Below, piece after piece: positions 16,552 through 25,104 of a DNA stretch of 32,000 nt. The stretch lies in contig NZ_CP042911.1 in the NCBI RefSeq assembly GCF_008065095.1, positions 2,220,001-2,252,000 on the forward strand. The letters are read 5' to 3'. The first letter of the stretch is position 1. The number at the start of each line of letters is the position of its first letter. The translations under genes and the position numbers were made by a program. The notes under the pieces are model-generated. The model saw only the letters and a list, made by a program, of their open reading frames with translations, had not been told where the DNA came from and did not search any database. This DNA comes from Gemmata obscuriglobus. GTDB taxonomy: Bacteria; Planctomycetota; Planctomycetia; Gemmatales; Gemmataceae.

Positions 16552-17739
16552 ATGGCTGTAACGGTTTTCTCGAACGCAACGCTCGTGCTGCCCGATCGCG
16601 TGTGGCCCGGCGCCACGCTGGCGGTTACCGACGGCCGCATTTCGGAGATCGACCAGGACTTGCACGTGGTTGACGCGATCGACCTCGGGGGAATGTACCT
16701 CGCGCCCGGGTTCGTGGAGCTTCACGTTCACGGCGGTGACGGCGCCGACTTCATGGACGGCACCGCCGAAGCGTTCCGGACCGTGTGCCGGTGCCACGCG
16801 CGCCACGGGACGACGAGCCTCACCCCGACGAGCACCGTCGCCACCGGCCCGCAGTACGACAAGTTCCTGAATCTGTGTGACGAACTGTACGGCGACGTTC
16901 TCGGCGGTGCCCGCATTGTGGGCAGCCACTTTTATGGCCCTTATTTCGCACGTCCGGCCCGCGGGTGTCACCCCGATCAGGAGTTCCTCGTTCCGAACGC
17001 CGATAACGCGGACCGGTTCACGAAGCTCGCGGCGAAAATGCCCCTGGTCGTCACCGTGGCGCCCGAGATCGAAAATGCGGAGTGGCTCGTTCGGACCTAC
17101 GCCCCCCGCGGCGTGAAGTTCAACGCCGGGCACAGCCACGGCACGTTCTCCCAGGTGGAAGCGGCGGTGTCGTGGGGGGTGAAGCACGTCGACCACCTCT
17201 TCTGCGCGATGTCCGATCGCGCGCGGCTGCGGCAAACACAGGCGTTCCCGATGCGGGCCGGGGTGCTCGAAGCCACCCTGTACTTCGACCAGCTCACGAC
17301 GGAAGTGATCGCCGACGGGAAGCACCTCGCACCCGAACTGCTGCGCCTCGCGTACAAGGCGAAGGGCGCGGACCGGCTCGCGCTGGTGACGGATTCGATG
17401 CGCGCGGTCGATATGCCCGACGGCGAATACTGGTTCGGCGCCGAAGGGAGCGGGGAGCGCGTCCGCAAGAAGGACGGTGTCGGCGTGACGCTCGACGGCA
17501 CGGCGCTGGCGTCGTGCGTGATGGGTATGGATCACTGCCTGCGGACCATGCACTTCGCCGCCGGCGTTCCGCTCGTTGAAGCGGTCCGCATGGCGAGTCT
17601 GACACCCGCCCGCATCCTTGGGCTGGAGACCGAGATCGGCAGCCTGGAGGTCGGGAAGCGTGCGGACCTGGTCGTACTCGATCACGAACTGAACGTGCGG
17701 CAGGTGTATGTGGGCGGGGCGTCGATCGGTGGGTTTTAA
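16552..17739 (+). CDS. nagA: N-acetylglucosamine-6-phosphate deacetylase
   Basis: GGGGAG lies upstream of ATG 16552. Motifs seen: GFVELHVHGGDGADFMDG, GHSHGTF, HLFCAMS, TDSMRA. 395 aa, amidohydrolase fold. Confidence 0.9.
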   Translation: MAVTVFSNATLVLPDRVWPGATLAVTDGRISEIDQDLHVVDAIDLGGMYLAPGFVELHVHGGDGADFMDGTAEAFRTVCRCHARHGTTSLTPTSTVATGPQYDKFLNLCDELYGDVLGGARIVGSHFYGPYFARPARGCHPDQEFLVPNADNADRFTKLAAKMPLVVTVAPEIENAEWLVRTYAPRGVKFNAGHSHGTFSQVEAAVSWGVKHVDHLFCAMSDRARLRQTQAFPMRAGVLEATLYFDQLTTEVIADGKHLAPELLRLAYKAKGADRLALVTDSMRAVDMPDGEYWFGAEGSGERVRKKDGVGVTLDGTALASCVMGMDHCLRTMHFAAGVPLVEAVRMASLTPARILGLETEIGSLEVGKRADLVVLDHELNVRQVYVGGASIGGF

Positions 17740-17788
17740 CGACCGGAACTCGCGGGCTCGCGCGGCGGAGCCCGGGTACAGGTGGAGG

Positions 17789-17817
17789 TTGCGAAACGCG
17801 GACCGCTGTTGTATTTA
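17789..17817 (+). promoter_or_regulatory. Candidate sigma70-like promoter for the DUF1501 gene
   Basis: TTGCGA (17789-17794), 17-nt spacer, TATTTA (17812-17817). It follows a 7-bp hairpin (17753-17759 / 17768-17774) downstream of nagA. If real, it argues for the GTG 17858 start over GTG 17819. Confidence 0.4.
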
Positions 17818-17857
17818 AGTGCCACGGCGTTCCGCCCGCGCTCGACGGAGCAAACAC

Positions 17858-19147
17858 GTGCGACGTGACTTCCTGAAACTGTGCGGGCTGGCCGGGTTGG
17901 GGCTCGCGGTGCCCTTCCGGTCGCGCGAATCGCGCGCCGCGGGGAAGCCCACGGACGAGCCCTACCCGGGGCCGTTCTACGTCGTGTTTAACGCCTCCGG
18001 CGGGTGGGACACGACGTACCTGATGGACCCGAAAGGGGTCAACGGGATCAACCGGCTCTACAAGGACGGCGACATCCTCACGAAGGGCGCGCACAAGTAC
18101 GCCCCCAACAAGGCGCACGCGAAAGGCGGCTTGTGTAACGAGGACTTCTACTCCGAGTTCGGCGCCGAGCTGCTCACGTTCAACGGGCTCGACTACTCGA
18201 CCAACAACCACTCGCCCGGCGCCCGCTACATGGCGACGGGCAAACTCGACAGCACCGAGTATCCGACCTTTGCGGCGCTGGTCGCGGCGTGCCGCGGTCC
18301 GAACTGTCCGCTCGCGTTCCTGACGTTCGGCAACTACTCGGCGACCGGCAACCTTGTGGCGATGTCGCGGGTGCCGTACCTGCCGTCGCTCAAGAAGATC
18401 GCGCTGGCCGACGCGATGGACGGCAACGAGCGCTCGCCGTACCACGACAAATTCGCGCTCGACCGGATCGAAGAGGCGCTCCGCGAAACGAACGAGGCGG
18501 CGGGGGCCGCGCCACGGCTCCCCCGCGCCGAGCGCGCCGAAAACATGCTGTACGCGGCGCAGGTGAACTCCAAGGCGCTCCAGCGGGTGGCCCAGTACAT
18601 TCCCGCGACCTCGCCCAAGGAGCGAATGGCGCAGCAGGTCGAGATCGCGCTCGCGTCGTTCAAGGCCGGGGTGTGCGTGTCCGCGAACCTGACCATCGGC
18701 CAGTTCGACAGCCACGCCAACAACGACGCCGACCAGATGAAGCTGATCCCGGAGTTCCTGGCGGGCGTCGCGTACCTAATGCGCCGGGCCGGCGAGCTGA
18801 AGATCCGCGAGCAGATCGTGGTGGTGGTTCAGAGCGAGATGGGCCGCACCCCCGACTACAACGCCGGCAACGGGAAGGATCACTGGTCGATCGGGTCCGC
18901 GCTCTTTTTGGGGCGCGGGATCAAAGGCAACCGCGTGGTCGGTGCGACCGACGCGAAGCAATTCGCGATGCCGCTCGCCCCTGCAACCTTGGCGCTCGAC
19001 AAAGACAAGGGCATTAAGGTGCGGCCCGAGCACGTTCACCTCGCGCTGCGCGAGCTGGCGGGGATCACGGACCACCCGCTGAGCAAGAAGTTCCCGCTCG
19101 GGGTGCCCGAGAGGGAGAAGCTCCGCGGGCTCTGGACCGGCGCTTGA
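17858..19147 (+). CDS. DUF1501 domain protein (sulfatase/alkaline-phosphatase-like fold) with twin-arginine signal
   Basis: GTG at 17858 has GGAG at 17847-17850. The N-terminus RRDFLKLCGLAGLGLAVPF is Tat-type. The C-terminal SEMGRTPDYNAGNGKDHWSIGSALFLGRGIKGNRVVGATD matches the DUF1501 signature region. An alternative start is 17819. Confidence 0.85.
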   Translation: MRRDFLKLCGLAGLGLAVPFRSRESRAAGKPTDEPYPGPFYVVFNASGGWDTTYLMDPKGVNGINRLYKDGDILTKGAHKYAPNKAHAKGGLCNEDFYSEFGAELLTFNGLDYSTNNHSPGARYMATGKLDSTEYPTFAALVAACRGPNCPLAFLTFGNYSATGNLVAMSRVPYLPSLKKIALADAMDGNERSPYHDKFALDRIEEALRETNEAAGAAPRLPRAERAENMLYAAQVNSKALQRVAQYIPATSPKERMAQQVEIALASFKAGVCVSANLTIGQFDSHANNDADQMKLIPEFLAGVAYLMRRAGELKIREQIVVVVQSEMGRTPDYNAGNGKDHWSIGSALFLGRGIKGNRVVGATDAKQFAMPLAPATLALDKDKGIKVRPEHVHLALRELAGITDHPLSKKFPLGVPEREKLRGLWTGA

Positions 19148-19207
19148 GTCGCCCGGACTGTCGGGGTACGCTTGGGCGTCGCCCCGACCTTTCCCGGATG
19201 CGATTTG

Positions 19208-22132
19208 ATGACCCGCGCTGCGCTCGCTCTGCTCTTTCTGGTTGCATTCGGCCCGCCGGTGCGCGGGGCGGACGCCGCACCCCAGAAGCCCAACGTTTTA
19301 CTGATCCTCGCCGACGATCTGGGCTTCTCGGATCTTGGGAGCTACGGCGGCGAGATCGACACGCCGAACCTCGACGCGCTCGCGAAGAACGGGCTGCGGT
19401 TCACGCAGTTCTACAACACCGCCCGGTGCTGGCCGACCCGCGGGTCGATCCTCACCGGCTATTACGCCCAGCAAATCCGTCGCGACACCGTGCCGGGCGT
19501 GCCCAGCGGCAATCAGGGCACACGCCCCGCGTGGGCGAACCTCTTGTCGGAACTGATCGCGCCGCACGGCTACGTCTCGTACCACTCCGGCAAATGGCAC
19601 GTCGATGGTTTGCCCCTCAAGAACGGGTTCACACACTCGTACAGCCTCAACGACCACGACCGCCACTTCGCACCCAAGAAGCACACCGAGGACGACAAGC
19701 AACTCCCCGCGGCCGACCCGAAAGAGGGCTATTACTCCAGCACCGCGATTGCCGATTACGCGATCAAGCAACTGACCGGCCACTTCGAGAAGCACCCGAC
19801 CAAGCCCTTTTTCGAGTTCGTCGCGTTCACGGCCCCGCACTTCCCGGTTCAGGCGCCCGCTGCGGACGTGGCGAAGTACCGGAAGAGGTACCTCGCCGGT
19901 TGGGACGAACGCCGTGAGGCACGCTGGAAACGCATGCAGGACCTCGGGCTGGGCGACACGCTCCCCCCGATCGAGCGCGACCTCGGCCCACCATACGCAT
20001 TTCCAGAGGCGATCAAAAAACTCGGTCCGAATGAGCTGAATCGCCCGCTTGCGTGGAAAGACCTGACCGCCGAGCAGAAGGCGTTCCAGGCCGACAAGAT
20101 GGCCGTTCACGCCGCAATGGTGGACCGGATGGATCGCGAGATCGGTCGCATCCTGGAGACGCTCAAGAAGGCGAAGCAGTTCGACAACACGCTGGTGGTG
20201 TTCCTCTCGGACAACGGCGCGAGCGCGGAAATCATGGTCCGCGGCGACGGCCACGACCCGCATGCCGAGTGCGGCACCGGGGCCACGTTCCTGAGCATCG
20301 GGCCGGGCTGGTCGAGCCTGTGCAACACGCCGTTCCGTCGGCACAAGACGTGGGTCCACGAGGGCGGCATCCACACACCACTCATTGCCCACTGGCCGAA
20401 CGGGATTAACGCGAAGGGCGAACTGCGAGGTACCCCCGGGCACGTCGCGGACGTCGTTCCGACCGTGCTGGAACTGGCGGTCGGGAAACCCGTCACTTCC
20501 CCCACCAATAGCGCGCCGGACTTCGCGGGGCGCAGCCTGGTTCCCGCGTTCGTCAAAGACGGAACCGTGAAGCGGGACACGCTCTGGTGGCAGCACGAGG
20601 GCAACCGGGCGCTGCGCGTCGGTGACTTCAAAATCGTCGCCGCGGGCAAAGATGCCGAGTGGGAGCTGTACGACCTCAAGGCCGATCCGACCGAGACGAA
20701 GAACATTGCGAAAGAAAAGCCCGAGAAGGTGCGCGAACTGGCGGCTGCGTGGCAAAAGGAAGCCGAAACGTACTACGCCCTGGCGAAGAAGGACGCTGCA
20801 CCGGCGAAGACCAACACCCCACCGGCGAAGAAGTCCAAGCAACCCAACGTGCTGTTCATTGCGGTGGACGACCTGAACCACTGGGTCGGGCACTTGGGGC
20901 GCAACAAGCAGACGAAGACGCCCAACATCGACCGCCTGGCGAAGATGGGTGTGACGTTCACGCACGCTTACTGCGCGGCCCCGGTGTGCAACCCGTCCCG
21001 GGCGGCGCTGATGTCAGGGCTGCGCCCGGGCAGCACCGGCGTGTACGACAACGGCCAGAACTGGCGGCCCGTGATCGGCAAGGAACTCACGCTCACCACG
21101 CAGTTCCTGAACGCGGGTTACAACGTGTACGGCACGGGCAAGATCTACCACGCTAACGTCCACCGCGACGGCGAGTGGACCGACTACTTCGTCGGCGGGA
21201 AGGAGAAGACCACCCCGCACCCCGACTCGAAGGACGACGGCGTCGGCGGGATCAAGTTCCGCTCGCTCACGGACGACTCGAAGCTGCCGGACGAGAGCAT
21301 CGTGGACTACGGCATCAAGCAGCTTCAGGCGAAGCACGAGAAGCCGTTCTTCCTCGCCGTGGGGTTGCACAAGCCGCACATGCCCTGGAACGTGCCGAAG
21401 AAGTATTACGACCTGTTCCCACTCGATCAGATCGAGCTTCCGCCCACCCAGAAGGACGACCTGAAGGACGTGCCCGCGGGCGGTCTGAAGATGGCGAAGC
21501 CCGACGGCGACCACGCGACGATGGTGAAGTCCGGGCGCTGGAAGGAGGCGGTGCAGGCATACCTCGCGACCATCGCGTACTGCGACGCGCAGATCGGCCT
21601 GCTGCTCGACGCCTACGACAAGTCGTCCGCCAAGGAGGACACGATCATCGTCTTCTGGGGCGATCACGGGTGGCACCTGGGCGAGAAGGAGCACTGGCGC
21701 AAGTTCGCGCTGTGGGAAGAGGCCACGCGGATGCCGTACATCTGGGTCGTACCTGGGATGACGACACCCGGCGGCGTGTGCGACCGCACCGTGGACCTGA
21801 TGAGCGTGTACCCGACGCTCTGCGGGATCTGCGGCATCGCGCGACCCAAGCACGTCGAGGGTGAAGACCTTTTGCCGCTACTGCGCGACCCGCGGGCGAA
21901 GTGGGACCGCCCCGCGGTCACCACCTTCCACCTCAACAACCACGCGGTGCGCACGGACCGCTGGCGGTACATCCGGTACGCGGACGGCGGCGAGGAACTG
22001 TACGACCACACGAAGGACCCATACGAGTGGGTCAACCTCGCCGGTGATGCGAAGTTCGCCGACGCGAAGAAGGAACTGACGAAGCTCCTCCCAACGACGA
22101 ACAAGCCCGAGCTTCCGCGCAATAAGGAGTGA
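19208..22132 (+). CDS. Tandem double-domain sulfatase: arylsulfatase-like N-domain fused to a second complete sulfatase domain
   Basis: ATG at 19208 gives the signal peptide MTRAALALLFLVAFGPPVRGADA. Domain 1 has NVLLILADDLGFSDLG and the fGly motif CWPTR (19427-19441), and ends WELYDLKADPTETKNI. A Lys/Pro/Ala linker lies at about 20770-20838. Domain 2 has NVLFIAVDDLNHW and CNPSR (20987-21001), and ends ELYDHTKDPYEWVNL. Confidence 0.9.
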   Translation: MTRAALALLFLVAFGPPVRGADAAPQKPNVLLILADDLGFSDLGSYGGEIDTPNLDALAKNGLRFTQFYNTARCWPTRGSILTGYYAQQIRRDTVPGVPSGNQGTRPAWANLLSELIAPHGYVSYHSGKWHVDGLPLKNGFTHSYSLNDHDRHFAPKKHTEDDKQLPAADPKEGYYSSTAIADYAIKQLTGHFEKHPTKPFFEFVAFTAPHFPVQAPAADVAKYRKRYLAGWDERREARWKRMQDLGLGDTLPPIERDLGPPYAFPEAIKKLGPNELNRPLAWKDLTAEQKAFQADKMAVHAAMVDRMDREIGRILETLKKAKQFDNTLVVFLSDNGASAEIMVRGDGHDPHAECGTGATFLSIGPGWSSLCNTPFRRHKTWVHEGGIHTPLIAHWPNGINAKGELRGTPGHVADVVPTVLELAVGKPVTSPTNSAPDFAGRSLVPAFVKDGTVKRDTLWWQHEGNRALRVGDFKIVAAGKDAEWELYDLKADPTETKNIAKEKPEKVRELAAAWQKEAETYYALAKKDAAPAKTNTPPAKKSKQPNVLFIAVDDLNHWVGHLGRNKQTKTPNIDRLAKMGVTFTHAYCAAPVCNPSRAALMSGLRPGSTGVYDNGQNWRPVIGKELTLTTQFLNAGYNVYGTGKIYHANVHRDGEWTDYFVGGKEKTTPHPDSKDDGVGGIKFRSLTDDSKLPDESIVDYGIKQLQAKHEKPFFLAVGLHKPHMPWNVPKKYYDLFPLDQIELPPTQKDDLKDVPAGGLKMAKPDGDHATMVKSGRWKEAVQAYLATIAYCDAQIGLLLDAYDKSSAKEDTIIVFWGDHGWHLGEKEHWRKFALWEEATRMPYIWVVPGMTTPGGVCDRTVDLMSVYPTLCGICGIARPKHVEGEDLLPLLRDPRAKWDRPAVTTFHLNNHAVRTDRWRYIRYADGGEELYDHTKDPYEWVNLAGDAKFADAKKELTKLLPTTNKPELPRNKE

Positions 22133-22216
22133 GGCTAGCGCGCGTTGACCGGCACATGAATCCGAAGAGTTGTTTCGGGCGAGGCGTAAGTACGGTACGC
22201 GGGCCAGGAAGAGCTT

Positions 22217-22306
22217 TTGACAGGATGAACAGGATTGAGCGGGTAAGAACTACTGAAAACAATTGCCCTGTTGGTTTAGGGTTTTGATCCTGTTAATCCT
22301 GTTAAC
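22217..22306. repeat. 2+2 inverted arrangement of a 9-mer (ATCCTGTTA) in an AT-richer intergenic region
   Basis: Left: TGACAGGAT and GAACAGGAT (22218-22235), each one mismatch from the reverse complement TAACAGGAT. Right: ATCCTGTTA ATCCTGTTA, a perfect tandem (22287-22304). A perfect TTGACA (22217-22222) overlaps the left pair. Confidence 0.55.
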
Positions 22307-22423
22307 TTGCAGGGTTTGCGATCGGATCGCGAGTTCTCGAACGGGGCTCGAACCGGTGGTTGAGACGGAGACCACCTTCGAGTAAGCTGACTGACAAAGC
22401 CCAAACCGTTACCGGAATAGCCC

Positions 22424-23224
22424 GTGGGTAAAACCCGCAAAAAAACGGAAGCTCTTGAGCAGAACCCATTCGAGGTGCCCCTCTACACTTCGTGGGATGC
22501 GGCACGTTATCTTCGCGTGCCGCTCTGGTCCGTCGCCGCACTCTCGGGCCGGTTCCGCGAATGGTTGGAGCCAGAGCTTTTCCATCACCGGTTCTGGCAC
22601 GGGCGGTCACCTCCAGATGTGTTCGACGACGACCTTTCGCCCGCCGATTTCCCGGAAACAAGTCAGCGGATTACCTTTGCCTCACTGGCCCGAATGTTCG
22701 TTCGGGCCGGGGTGTTGTGCATTCTGGCAGACGGGCCGAGAACAGAATCCGAACGGACAATGTGGCCGGAACCGCACCGCACGGTCATCCGGTGGCTGGA
22801 AGACACCGGGCACGCCCCGCTTTCGTTCGGCGAAGGTTCCGCTGAGGAGCAGGTGGAACAACTCGTGGGGTCGCTCGTTCGGCGGCTGGACGAGCGGCGA
22901 GGGGCGCTCATCCGTAAACACTTGGCCGTCCGGCTGACGCGTGTTGAGGTGAAGGACGGGCGCCCGACCCGCATTTTCCCGTTGTCGCGGTCTGATGATG
23001 AGGACTCGCCCCAGATCATTGTCCTCGACCCGCTGATCCGTTTCGGGCGGCCGACATTGGTCGCCCGGGGAGTACCAACGGACACCCTGTTCGAGCGATT
23101 CCAGGCCGGCGATGCGCCTTCAGAACTGGCTGAGGATTACAGCGTTCCGGAGGACGAGATCCATGAGGCGATCCGGTTCGAGTCCGGCCCGTTCGGTCCC
23201 CCAATCCCCTTCTACGGGTGGTAG
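22424..23224 (+). CDS. VapB45-type putative antitoxin: N-terminal HTH-like region plus C-terminal DUF433 domain
   Basis: GTG at 22424. The N-terminus LYTSWDAARYLRVPLWSV is HTH-like, followed by ITFASLARMFVRAGVL. The C-terminus IVLDPLIRFGRPTLVARGVPTDTLFERFQAGDAPSELAEDYSVPEDEIHEAIRFE fits DUF433. Confidence 0.75.
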   Translation: MGKTRKKTEALEQNPFEVPLYTSWDAARYLRVPLWSVAALSGRFREWLEPELFHHRFWHGRSPPDVFDDDLSPADFPETSQRITFASLARMFVRAGVLCILADGPRTESERTMWPEPHRTVIRWLEDTGHAPLSFGEGSAEEQVEQLVGSLVRRLDERRGALIRKHLAVRLTRVEVKDGRPTRIFPLSRSDDEDSPQIIVLDPLIRFGRPTLVARGVPTDTLFERFQAGDAPSELAEDYSVPEDEIHEAIRFESGPFGPPIPFYGW

Positions 23225-23230
23225 GAGCGA

Positions 23231-23650
23231 GTGGTGGCCGATCGCCCAACTTTTTATGTGGACATCTGCTTGGGAAAGGCGGTGGCTGCGGCGCTGAGAG
23301 CGGCCGGGGCCACCGTAGAAATTCACACGGACAACTTCGCGCAAGACGTTGAAGACACGACCTGGATTCCGCGAGTCGCTGCCAAGGGCTGGGTGATCCT
23401 CACGAAGGACAAGAACATCCGACGCCGGCACGGAGAGCGTGAGGCAACGTTACTGTCCGCGGCTCGAATGTTCACGCTCAGCTCGGGCAGCATGCGTGGA
23501 GCGGTTATGGCCGAGATTTTTGTGAGTCAGCTCGACGCGATGGAACAATTAGCGACTGCGCTGGCCCCGCCGTTTCTTGCCGTCGTTACTCAAGACGGGA
23601 TCGAGATCGTTTATCCGCGCCTCGCGCCGACCAACGAAGACGATAGCTGA
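23231..23650 (+). CDS. VapC45-type PIN-like domain protein (DUF5615/PIN_10-like), putative toxin
   Basis: GTG at 23231 lies 6 nt after the upstream TAG, and GGAG (23224-23227) overlaps that stop. FYVDICLGKAVAAALRAAGATVEIH and GWVILTKDKNIRRR match the PIN-like family normally paired with DUF433 proteins. 139 aa. Confidence 0.7.
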   Translation: MVADRPTFYVDICLGKAVAAALRAAGATVEIHTDNFAQDVEDTTWIPRVAAKGWVILTKDKNIRRRHGEREATLLSAARMFTLSSGSMRGAVMAEIFVSQLDAMEQLATALAPPFLAVVTQDGIEIVYPRLAPTNEDDS

Positions 23651-23981
23651 GTGAGCGATGCGGCTGCTCGGAGCATTTCTCTGACAAAACCTACAACTCC
23701 CCTCCACTCAACGTAACTTGCGGCATAGCACCCCCACTTGGTGATATGCTTGAATCGTAGGAGCGCGTCGGAAAGTGACCGAATGGGAAAGACAATCGAC
23801 CGGATCGGGGAAGCGAGGACGCCGGAACGGCCTCAACCCAATTCGTGCAGCGTCCCGAGTGTGAGCCACTGCGTCACGTCGCCCCAGCCCGTCGTGTGCC
23901 GGAAATCCTGCGGTACCGCACATCCGTCCCGGCGCCTCGGCCGTCTTCTGAGTGTCCGGTTCCACTTTCCGGGAGGCTCTT

Positions 23982-24347
23982 ATGGCGGCGCGGTGGGCGA
24001 TGGTCGTGGCGGCGGTGGCGTTCGGCGGGTGGGGGCGGGCGGACGAGCCGAAGAAGGCCGAGGACGTGAAGACCGCGGTGGTCGGTAAGTGGGAGACGGC
24101 GGACAAGGACCGGGTGCCGCTAGAGATCCGCGCGGACGGGACGATCGGGGTGCCGTTCCGCTCGGAGAACGGGAAGTGGGTGATGGCGGACGGGACGTAC
24201 ACGGTCGACGCGGCCGGAAAGGTCACCTACAAGGCCGCGAGCGGCGGGTCGACCCTTGGTGGGTGGTACCAGTACAAGGACGGCGGGCTCGTGTCGGCGA
24301 TGGGGCCGAAGAACCGGGTGACGTGGAAGCGGGTGGAGAAGAAGTAG
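23982..24347 (+). CDS. Small secreted protein, lipocalin-like / Gemmata paralogous-family-like (tentative)
   Basis: ATG at 23982 has GGGAGG at 23971-23976. Signal peptide MAARWAMVVAAVAFGGWGRA. VVGKWET...DGTYTVDAAGKVTY...WKRVEKK is typical of small beta-barrel secreted proteins. The family call is from memory only. Confidence 0.6.
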   Translation: MAARWAMVVAAVAFGGWGRADEPKKAEDVKTAVVGKWETADKDRVPLEIRADGTIGVPFRSENGKWVMADGTYTVDAAGKVTYKAASGGSTLGGWYQYKDGGLVSAMGPKNRVTWKRVEKK

Positions 24348-24437
24348 TCCGTAGACGGATGGATCGTTCCCTCCGGCCGCGATCGCCGAGGTGAATGGGC
24401 GACACCTCGTTAATCGTGGCCGGTTCTTTTTGCGCGC

Positions 24438-24887
24438 TCACTTCCCGGCCTTGATGTCCTTGCGGTCGACGGCGCTGCTCCACGCCGTCTGTGACTTCGC
24501 CTTGGGGTTCTCGGACCACCTCAGCCCGACCCGCACTTCGCGCCACCCGTCGGCGGGCACGTGTGCTTCGAACGTCACCGTTCCCTTGGCCGGGATCGAC
24601 ACCGGGCCAACTCCGGTTTTGCACCACCCGGGTTGATGAGACTTCCACTCCTTCTCGTCGCGCAACTGTATTTGGTACAGCGGACAGATTTGCCCGTCGG
24701 GAATCTTCGGTTGAAACGAGTCGGCGGTATACCCGAAGTAGGGCATCGGATCGGCGTTCGGGTTGGTTACCTCGAACGTCAGACGATACCGCTCACCGAC
24801 ACGTTCCGTTCCGATAAGTTTGAAGATCGGGGCGGACGGCGGGACGGGGTCGGCGGCGACGAGCAAAGCGGCGAGCGTAAAGAGCAT
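24438..24887 (-). CDS. Hypothetical secreted protein (149 aa)
   Basis: Short hydrophobic N-terminus MLFTLAALLVAA. The composition is beta-rich and the third-position GC bias looks coding. I recognise no domain. It is convergent with the 23982 gene. Confidence 0.6.
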   Translation of the reverse strand: MLFTLAALLVAADPVPPSAPIFKLIGTERVGERYRLTFEVTNPNADPMPYFGYTADSFQPKIPDGQICPLYQIQLRDEKEWKSHQPGWCKTGVGPVSIPAKGTVTFEAHVPADGWREVRVGLRWSENPKAKSQTAWSSAVDRKDIKAGK

Positions 24888-25015
24888 GGGTGACCCTTTG
24901 AAGGGACAGGCGACACCCTCCCGACGAGTCCGCCCGAGGTTCGGATTTTATGACGTTACAGTTTTAGTTGGATGTATGGCCGGTCGTTCGGTTTTGGGAA
25001 GCTGTGGCCGAGCCT

Positions 25016-25064
25016 GGCCGGCACGCGATCTGGTACCGGTGCGGTACCAGATCGCGTGCCGGCC
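25016..25064. repeat. Perfect 49-nt palindrome (23-bp stem, 3-nt loop)
   Basis: GGCCGGCACGCGATCTGGTACCG (25016-25038), loop GTG, CGGTACCAGATCGCGTGCCGGCC (25042-25064). The stem can extend through GTGG (25004-25007) / CCAC (25066-25069) across a bulge. Confidence 0.85.
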
Positions 25065-25069
25065 TCCAC

Positions 25070-25104
25070 AACCGCCGGAGCGGGTTCGATTCCCGCCGTC
25101 GGGG
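25070..25104 (+). other. tRNA 3'-half-like fragment (anticodon-stem 3' strand, variable loop, canonical T-arm, acceptor 3' strand). Not an intact tRNA.
   Basis: AACCG CCGGA GCGGG-TTCGATT-CCCGC CGTCGGG G. The T-arm (25080-25096) has the G53, T54, T55, C56, R57, A58 and C61 pattern. No CCA is encoded, and no properly spaced 5' half exists. Confidence 0.35.

Noticed and set aside
22340-22385. Minus-strand GGTTCGAGCCCC that resembles a tRNA T-loop
   Set aside because: The flanking T-stem would have a central mismatch, the acceptor complement is imperfect, and the D and anticodon arms cannot be placed because the whole candidate is only about 51 nt. It is better explained as an interrupted hairpin, CTCGAA-CC-GGTGGT / ACCACC-TTCGAG.
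23708-24226. 172-aa minus-strand ORF and 116-aa plus-strand ORF (23738-24088) in the islet gap
   Set aside because: Both overlap the better-supported 23982 gene, which has an SD sequence and a signal peptide. Their translations are low-complexity with no convincing start context.
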